Of a stretch of DNA of 64,000 nt, positions 58,440 through 64,000 are shown one piece after another. Position 1 is the stretch's first letter. Each line of letters begins with the position of its first letter. The position numbers and the translations under genes were made by a program. The notes beneath the pieces were generated by a model. That model was not told where the DNA came from, made no database searches, and worked only from the letters and a program-made list of their open reading frames with translations. The DNA is from Candidatus Thorarchaeota archaeon (GTDB lineage: Archaea > Asgardarchaeota > Thorarchaeia > Thorarchaeales > Thorarchaeaceae), in the NCBI GenBank assembly GCA_030669595.1, contig DAOVDG010000001.1:6047-70046 (forward strand), in the 5' to 3' direction.

Positions 58440-60832
58440 GCGAATCTTCAGACACTCCCATTGAGAGGGAAGGTCTTGAATCAACGATACGACAACGGCG
58501 CCTCACGCCTGAGGAGAGAGATGCAATAGTTCGAAAGTATAACGAAGAATTGCTAACTCCCCATGAAAGAGATGCAATTCTCGGAAAAGTCAAGGCCGAA
58601 TTGCAGGCAAGTGACAATCCGGACAGGACAGTGAAGGATTGTAAAGGACATGCGATGACCTCCGTTGAAGGAGAAAATCTAGTCGATGTCACACAAGACC
58701 GGAGAGATTCGCATTTTGCTTCTATCCAAATGCCAGAATTCAATGGAACGAGAATAGAGTCGTATGGTCAACTTGAGAGCCTTATTCGCAAGCGCTTTCC
58801 TGGACTTAAGCATAACAGCCACTTCGGAGAATGGATGAAACGGGCGTACATCTATTTCGAGGTCATGTCTATATTCGTCGAAGAGCATCCTATTGAAGAT
58901 TCAGCGATCTCCAAGATTGCCCGAGATAAGGGAATATCTACCTATGCTATTAGAAAGTGGATTCTGAAGGGTGGGCTCCCTTTGGTCTTCAAGTACTTGA
59001 ATGAGGTTTCTAAGAACCAACAAAGTGCAAGAAACATCCGGGAGCGACTTGGTGAGTTTCAAAGTGCTGAGAGAGTCCGCAAGAGGCTGAAAGAAATCGG
59101 TATGTTTGAGTCTATCAACCTGTGGCCAACAGCCGAGAAGCAATGGACTAACTTGAGATTGTACTATCAGGCTTTGCCTTTTCTTGAAAGTGGTATGTTG
59201 CAGTGTGATATCGACCGCAGACTTGGACTTACTGCTACCAAAACGAAAAGATGGGTTGACGGAGGTCTTCCTTGGCCTGTCCGAATTGTCGTTGAGCCCA
59301 ACTCCGAGAGAAGCAAAATACAGTCTGGGAGGTTGATGGTCAACATCCACGAATTCAAAATGGATGGAATAGTTGTATCCTCGTCACATCAGTTACGTGC
59401 GTTAATCACTGGACATTATCTTGGACTAGCAATGCGTAACGACATTGACTCGCTCATCTCAGATTTCGAAGCCTACTTAGCTCTCCGTGCTAAACTAGGT
59501 GAAAGACAGACCGTCAGGTATAGTGAACTCAGAAAAATGGCTGAGGAACTGGAAATCTCAGTAGGTAAATCGAGAAGATGGGCCATCGATGGAGAGATTC
59601 CTAGGATTTGCCTTCGTATTGAGCAAGTTGCATTAAACAAGCGATTAGTAGCGAAATTTCGAGAAAGATTGCTATTCCAATCGATGGAGCAATTTTCACA
59701 GTTGATGAATCAGCTCTACATCGCACCTCATTTGGAAAAATGGAGCAACTACAGCGAGATCGAAGTCTATTTGGCCAAATACTACAGATTTTTGGACATG
59801 TATGAATCAGGAATGTCCCAAAAGACCATTGCAGAAATGCTAGAAATCGATGAATCCACGGTGTATCATTGGACCAGAGGAAGATTATCCAAAGCACTAT
59901 ACCTGTTACAGAGATTTCCCAGAAAACAACCAAGAGAGAATAGGAAGTGGCTACCTACTCGTTTGGATGGTCTAGTTTTTTCTGACTACATCGAGGTTCC
60001 AGATAGAATCAGTGATTACTCCGAGGTAATTGAAGTGTTTCGTCAGTTACAAATGAATCCCCAAGACATCATGTATGTTGTTGGATTTACTTTATCAGAT
60101 GGGTATATTCAATTGACTAGCAAGACTTCCTTTTCTTTAAGGAGCACATTGAGTCAGAATTATGATTGGTCGAAACTGATACTGGATGATGTATCAGATT
60201 CTCTATCGTCATTAGGGCCTAGCCGAGTATTGAGCATTAAACGATCTGATGATAATATATGGGAACTAGCAAACTCAAGCCCTCTGTTTGTCTGGATTCG
60301 AGAAGTGATTTTCGGGCTCGGCCCAGATGAAACGAAGACCTATTCACCAATAAAAGCTGATTGGATCCTGACTTCATCCAAAAGCGCCCGAATTGCATTC
60401 ATGCAGGGACTCGCTGATGGCGACGGGTATGCCTCGCCAGCTGCACAGCGCATTGGGATTGGGTCTCTAGTAAATAGACACCTTATTCGAGATCTCCTGA
60501 AGACATTAGACATCAATTCCGTTCTTCATTCAAAGGGAGTCGAAATAATCCGTCATGAAGATATCCGCCGCGCAGCCATGCTTCCCCTTTTCAAGAACGC
60601 AACTGGTCGGCTCGAGAGTCTGTTCGAGCTGTGTGATATGCTTGATGCAAGACCCAAGAGAAAACGTTTTACTCCCAATGAGATTGAGCTAATACTGAAA
60701 CTTCGGGAGCATGGAATGTCCTATGATCAGATTGGTCTGCATCTTTGGAGGTACTACGGCAATTCGAGGAACAAATCTACTATTGGCAGAATCATCAGAC
60801 AAAACCAGCCTGAATCTAAGAAACAGTCATAA
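58427..60832 (+). CDS. 801 aa protein with at least five repeated HTH modules and a C-terminal double-LAGLIDADG (homing endonuclease-like) domain
   Basis: Recurring units such as ISKIARDKGISTYAIRKWILKGGLP, LGLTATKTKRWVDGGLPWP, LEISVGKSRRWAIDGEIP, IAEMLEIDESTVYHWTRGRL and GMSYDQIGLHLWRYYG. LAGLIDADG-like motifs YVVGFTLSDGYIQ and FMQGLADGDGYASP lie about 110 aa apart. Confidence 0.7.
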   Translation: MRETSESSDTPIEREGLESTIRQRRLTPEERDAIVRKYNEELLTPHERDAILGKVKAELQASDNPDRTVKDCKGHAMTSVEGENLVDVTQDRRDSHFASIQMPEFNGTRIESYGQLESLIRKRFPGLKHNSHFGEWMKRAYIYFEVMSIFVEEHPIEDSAISKIARDKGISTYAIRKWILKGGLPLVFKYLNEVSKNQQSARNIRERLGEFQSAERVRKRLKEIGMFESINLWPTAEKQWTNLRLYYQALPFLESGMLQCDIDRRLGLTATKTKRWVDGGLPWPVRIVVEPNSERSKIQSGRLMVNIHEFKMDGIVVSSSHQLRALITGHYLGLAMRNDIDSLISDFEAYLALRAKLGERQTVRYSELRKMAEELEISVGKSRRWAIDGEIPRICLRIEQVALNKRLVAKFRERLLFQSMEQFSQLMNQLYIAPHLEKWSNYSEIEVYLAKYYRFLDMYESGMSQKTIAEMLEIDESTVYHWTRGRLSKALYLLQRFPRKQPRENRKWLPTRLDGLVFSDYIEVPDRISDYSEVIEVFRQLQMNPQDIMYVVGFTLSDGYIQLTSKTSFSLRSTLSQNYDWSKLILDDVSDSLSSLGPSRVLSIKRSDDNIWELANSSPLFVWIREVIFGLGPDETKTYSPIKADWILTSSKSARIAFMQGLADGDGYASPAAQRIGIGSLVNRHLIRDLLKTLDINSVLHSKGVEIIRHEDIRRAAMLPLFKNATGRLESLFELCDMLDARPKRKRFTPNEIELILKLREHGMSYDQIGLHLWRYYGNSRNKSTIGRIIRQNQPESKKQS

Positions 60833-60969
60833 ATTCAGGATACCGCACGAAGCTTAAACTCTCAATACACTTGTTAAGAAGATAAAGTGCGCCTAGCGCT
60901 CCTAAATGCTAACTGAAAGCATTTTATGCCAAAACCACATGAGTTTAGTTGTCATTGGTGGTGTAAACA

Positions 60970-61365
60970 GTGATTGATGTGTCTAAGGCGATGAGAGTGA
61001 AACTATCTTCCAAACTCCCTCCCAATCCCGTGTTTGAACATGGAATTAGGAGAGCTCCAGATAGAGGTTTTAACCTAACCGAGTCTGAAACAGCAACTGC
61101 GCTCAAGAATGCTCTGAGGTACATCCCGTCAGAGTTGCATGAACGACTCGCTCCGGAGTTTCTTGATGAGCTCATGAAAAGAGGGCGTATCTACGGGTAC
61201 CGATATCGCCCCTCTGGCGCAATTGAAGCAAAGCCAGTCGATGAATATGAGGGAATTCTTGAAACAAGAGCGCTTCAGCTTATGATTGATAATAACTTGG
61301 ATTTTGATGTCGCGTTATATCCATACGAGCTGGTCACTTACGGAGAGCATAATCAGGCCTACTGA
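60970..61365 (+). CDS. hutU: urocanate hydratase, N-terminal 131 aa fragment (GTG start; frame ends at an in-frame TGA inside a conserved motif)
   Basis: IRRAPDRG and TRALQLMIDNNLDFDVALYPYELVTYGE match the HutU N-domain (IRAPRG and [24 protein letters not shown]). Confidence 0.6.
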   Translation: MIDVSKAMRVKLSSKLPPNPVFEHGIRRAPDRGFNLTESETATALKNALRYIPSELHERLAPEFLDELMKRGRIYGYRYRPSGAIEAKPVDEYEGILETRALQLMIDNNLDFDVALYPYELVTYGEHNQAY

Positions 61366-61367
61366 TC

Positions 61368-63026
61368 ATGCACGGCAAGAGTGGGCAGGTCTGTCAGAAC
61401 TGGATGCAGTACAGGTTGGTCAAGAAGTACTTGGAAACAATGACTGGGGAACAAACATTGGTTGTCAGCTCTGGGCATCCTATAGGGCTCTTTCCATCGC
61501 ATAGGAATGCGCCTCGTGTGATATCGACCAATGGTCTCATGGTTGGCATGTTCGACACTCCTCAGGGTTTTCATCGCGCAGCAGCGATGGGGAATACGAA
61601 TTATGGCCAGATGACAGCTGGTGGCTGGATGTACATTGGTCCTCAAGGCATCGTTCACGGAACATACATCACACTGTTGAATGCAGGCCGACTGTACCTC
61701 GACCTACCAGACGATAAGGACCTGCGCGGCAAGGTTTTCCTAACATCAGGCCTTGGGGGTATGAGTGGAGCGCAGCCAAAAGCAGTTGAGCTTGCTGGAG
61801 GAATCGGAATAATTGCAGAGGTTGACAAGAGTCGCATAATCACTCGAAGCGAACAGGGGTGGCTTAGCAAACACTCTGACAACCTGCCTGAGATTTTTGA
61901 ATGGGTTAGGGTGTACCGCGCTAAGAACAAGCCGGTTTCAATTGGCTACCACGGCAATATTGTTGATCTCTGGCAATATACTGTAAACAATGATATCGCC
62001 ATAGAACTGGCGTCAGATCAGACCTCTTGTCACGATGTCTATGGTGGTGGATACACGCCTCAAGGAGTCACGTTCGAGGAGGGCAGAGAGCTTCTCAAGA
62101 GTGACCGAAAACGATTCGACGAGCTGGTAAATGCATCCCTCCGCAAGCAGTTCGAACTCATCCGAACCATGACCGAGCGCGGCACGTACTTCTGGGACTA
62201 TGGAAACAGCTTCATGAAAGCCGTCTTCGATGCAGGCGCAAAAGCCATTGCGAAGAATGGCAAGAACACGAATGATGGATTCATCTTCCCTTCATACGTA
62301 GAGGACATCATGGGGCCGATATGCTTCGACTTCGGCTACGGTCCATTTCGCTGGGTCTGTCTGAGCGGGTTACACGAGGACCTGATTGCCACCGACAAAG
62401 CTGCAATGTCGCACATAGACCCCACGCGTAGAGGCCAGGATCGCGACAATTACATCTGGATTCGAGATGCGGAGAAGAACGCCCTTGTAGTTGGTTCCGA
62501 AGCCAGAATCCTGTATGCAGATGCGGAGGGACGGGTTAACGTAGCGCTCGAATTCAACAAGATGGTGAAGGAGGGCAAAGTGGGCCCGATAATGCTAGGT
62601 CGTGATCATCATGATACTGGAGGTACCGATTCGCCATTCAGAGAAACTGCTAATATCATGGACGGCAGTAATGTTACCAGCGATATGGCTCATCAGTGTT
62701 GGGCTGGAAATGCGGCGCGAGGGATGACGCTGTGTGTCCTATCAAATGGCGGTGGGGTTGGCACTGGAAAGGCAATCAATGGTGGTTTTGGCTTGGTTCT
62801 TGACGGCAGTGACCGCGTGGACAACATAATCCGACTAGCGGTGGACTGGGATGTGATGGGTGGAGTCGCGCGTCGTGCGTGGGCAAGAAACGAGAACGCT
62901 GTTGAAACAGCGGTTGAGTGGAATAGGACTTTAAGCGGCAGAGGGCAAATCACTCTACCATTCACTCCTGAAGATGGACTGGTGGAAGGACTCGTTAGAG
63001 CGGCGCTTGAAAAAAGGAAGGGATGA
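61368..63026 (+). CDS. hutU: urocanate hydratase, main body (different frame from the N-terminal fragment)
   Basis: GQVCQNWMQYRLVKKYLETM...NAPRVI...GQMTAGGWMYIGPQGIVHGTY...GLGGMSGAQP is collinear with HutU from the ARNW motif onward. The HutH gene follows. Confidence 0.8.
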   Translation: MHGKSGQVCQNWMQYRLVKKYLETMTGEQTLVVSSGHPIGLFPSHRNAPRVISTNGLMVGMFDTPQGFHRAAAMGNTNYGQMTAGGWMYIGPQGIVHGTYITLLNAGRLYLDLPDDKDLRGKVFLTSGLGGMSGAQPKAVELAGGIGIIAEVDKSRIITRSEQGWLSKHSDNLPEIFEWVRVYRAKNKPVSIGYHGNIVDLWQYTVNNDIAIELASDQTSCHDVYGGGYTPQGVTFEEGRELLKSDRKRFDELVNASLRKQFELIRTMTERGTYFWDYGNSFMKAVFDAGAKAIAKNGKNTNDGFIFPSYVEDIMGPICFDFGYGPFRWVCLSGLHEDLIATDKAAMSHIDPTRRGQDRDNYIWIRDAEKNALVVGSEARILYADAEGRVNVALEFNKMVKEGKVGPIMLGRDHHDTGGTDSPFRETANIMDGSNVTSDMAHQCWAGNAARGMTLCVLSNGGGVGTGKAINGGFGLVLDGSDRVDNIIRLAVDWDVMGGVARRAWARNENAVETAVEWNRTLSGRGQITLPFTPEDGLVEGLVRAALEKRKG

Positions 63027-63031
63027 ATACC

Positions 63032-64000
63032 ATGGTTGTTGAGGTTGATGGCGAGAGCCTGACAATTGAAGATGTGATTCTAGTCGCGCGTCAGAATGAA
63101 CAGGCTGAGCTTGCAGAGTCTGCACGCAAGAAGATCCACAAAAGTCGCAATGTGGTGGAGTCTGCGATAAGCGCGGGTCGGACAATCTACGGCGTAAACA
63201 CTGGCTTCGGCAGTCTTGCCAACGTTTCGATAGGCGCGGATGACGTAGCTAAGCTCCAAGTGAACATCATCAGGAGTCACAGTGCAGGAGTAGGGCCTCC
63301 ATTCTCCAAGGAGGTTGTGAGGGCAATTATGCTCTTACGTGCAAATGCTCTTGCTAAGGGATATTCGGGCGTTCGGATAGAGATTATAGAAACCCTACTT
63401 CAGATGCTCAACCGAGGCGTGATTCCAGTCGTTCCTCAGCAAGGTTCTGTCGGCGCAAGTGGCGACCTTGCCCCTCTTGCTCACATGGTCTTGGTTATGA
63501 TGGGTGAAGGTACGGCTTACTATGGTGATGACAAGGGCGATGGGAAGACAGCGCTGATGGTGGCTGGCATTGACCCCATTACACTTCAAGCAAAGGAAGG
63601 TGTTGCTCTAATCAACGGCACTCAACCAATGACGGCAGTTGGTCTTCTTGCTGTTCATGATGCGATGACGCTTGTCCATGACGCATCCGTTGCAGCTGCC
63701 ATGAGTCTAGAAGCTCTCAAGGGAACCCGTGTGGCCTTTGACGAGCGAATTCACGCGATACGAGCGCATGAGGGCCAACAGGACGTTGCGAAGGCATTGA
63801 GAGCGATTCTCGAGGACAGCGAGATCAATCAATCCCATGCGGACTGCGGCAAGGTTCAAGATGCATATTCGCTCAGGTGTATCCCTCAAATCCTAGGAGC
63901 ATCACTGGATACCATCAGGTATGTTCGGAGCGTTCTGGAAACAGAGATTAATTCCGCCACTGACAATCCATTGGTCTTCCCAGATGCTGGCGATATCCTC
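63032..64000 (+). CDS. hutH: histidine ammonia-lyase (3'-truncated by window end)
   Basis: GFGSLANV and the MIO-forming GSVGASGDLAPL motif. Continues past position 64000. Confidence 0.85.
   Translation, partial: MVVEVDGESLTIEDVILVARQNEQAELAESARKKIHKSRNVVESAISAGRTIYGVNTGFGSLANVSIGADDVAKLQVNIIRSHSAGVGPPFSKEVVRAIMLLRANALAKGYSGVRIEIIETLLQMLNRGVIPVVPQQGSVGASGDLAPLAHMVLVMMGEGTAYYGDDKGDGKTALMVAGIDPITLQAKEGVALINGTQPMTAVGLLAVHDAMTLVHDASVAAAMSLEALKGTRVAFDERIHAIRAHEGQQDVAKALRAILEDSEINQSHADCGKVQDAYSLRCIPQILGASLDTIRYVRSVLETEINSATDNPLVFPDAGDIL

Noticed and set aside
58427-60832. Intein interpretation of the LAGLIDADG ORF
   Set aside because: The ORF is not in frame with either hutU copy, it begins with its own ATG, and it lacks Hint splicing blocks (no Cys/Ser plus His-Asn termini).
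60904-60923. Perfect 7-bp inverted repeat (AAATGCT-aactga-AGCATTT) followed by TTT after the 801 aa ORF
   Set aside because: It could be a terminator or an element-end marker. A single short hairpin is too weak to call, and archaeal termination usually relies on T-tracts alone.
1-64000. CRISPR arrays, rRNA and tRNA genes, IS elements with terminal inverted repeats
   Set aside because: No direct repeats regularly spaced at 28-37 nt were seen. No rRNA-like conserved stretches or cloverleaf candidates were seen. No transposase ORFs were found apart from the HTH/LAGLIDADG protein discussed above.

Overview
This is a 64-kb archaeal chromosomal window. The evidence for an archaeal host is the conserved proteasome/exosome superoperon (psmA, SBDS, rrp4, rrp41, rrp42, L37Ae, Brix, Pcc1, prefoldin beta), the KEOPS subunit Pcc1, and N-glycosylated S-layer-like proteins with C-terminal TM anchors. 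Phylum cannot be assigned from sequence alone; GC looks mid-range (roughly 45-50 percent by eye). The window is dominated by anaerobic energy and carbon metabolism. It holds three HdrC-HdrB pairs, two roughly 1000-1150 aa tandem-HdrA fusion proteins (one ending in an MvhD domain, one in a 2x[4Fe-4S] ferredoxin domain) and two radical SAM genes. It also holds a four-subunit group-3b-type (sulfhydrogenase-like) NiFe hydrogenase, 2-oxoacid:ferredoxin oxidoreductase genes at the left edge, and a contiguous aconitase, ATP-citrate lyase (aclB, aclA) and isocitrate dehydrogenase cluster that is suggestive of a reductive TCA cycle. Further genes encode a bifunctional IPCT/DIPPS (di-myo-inositol phosphate synthesis), a NikR-like regulator with a metal ABC transporter, an ECF transporter AA'T module, a 964 aa beta-propeller-repeat surface protein, a secreted caspase-like protease, a multi-PAS histidine kinase, and hutU-hutH at the right edge. 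The hunt found several signs of local genome plasticity. An 801 aa ORF with repeated HTH modules and a double LAGLIDADG motif sits between two copies of the 131-codon hutU N-terminal region, and hutU is itself split at that boundary. About 130 bp covering the leader and first 24 codons of one giant hdrA is duplicated 1.3 kb away. A 30-codon hdrB 3' remnant lies in an intergenic gap. No CRISPR arrays, tRNAs or rRNAs were detected. All calls rest on reading motifs in the six-frame translations; no database searches were run.
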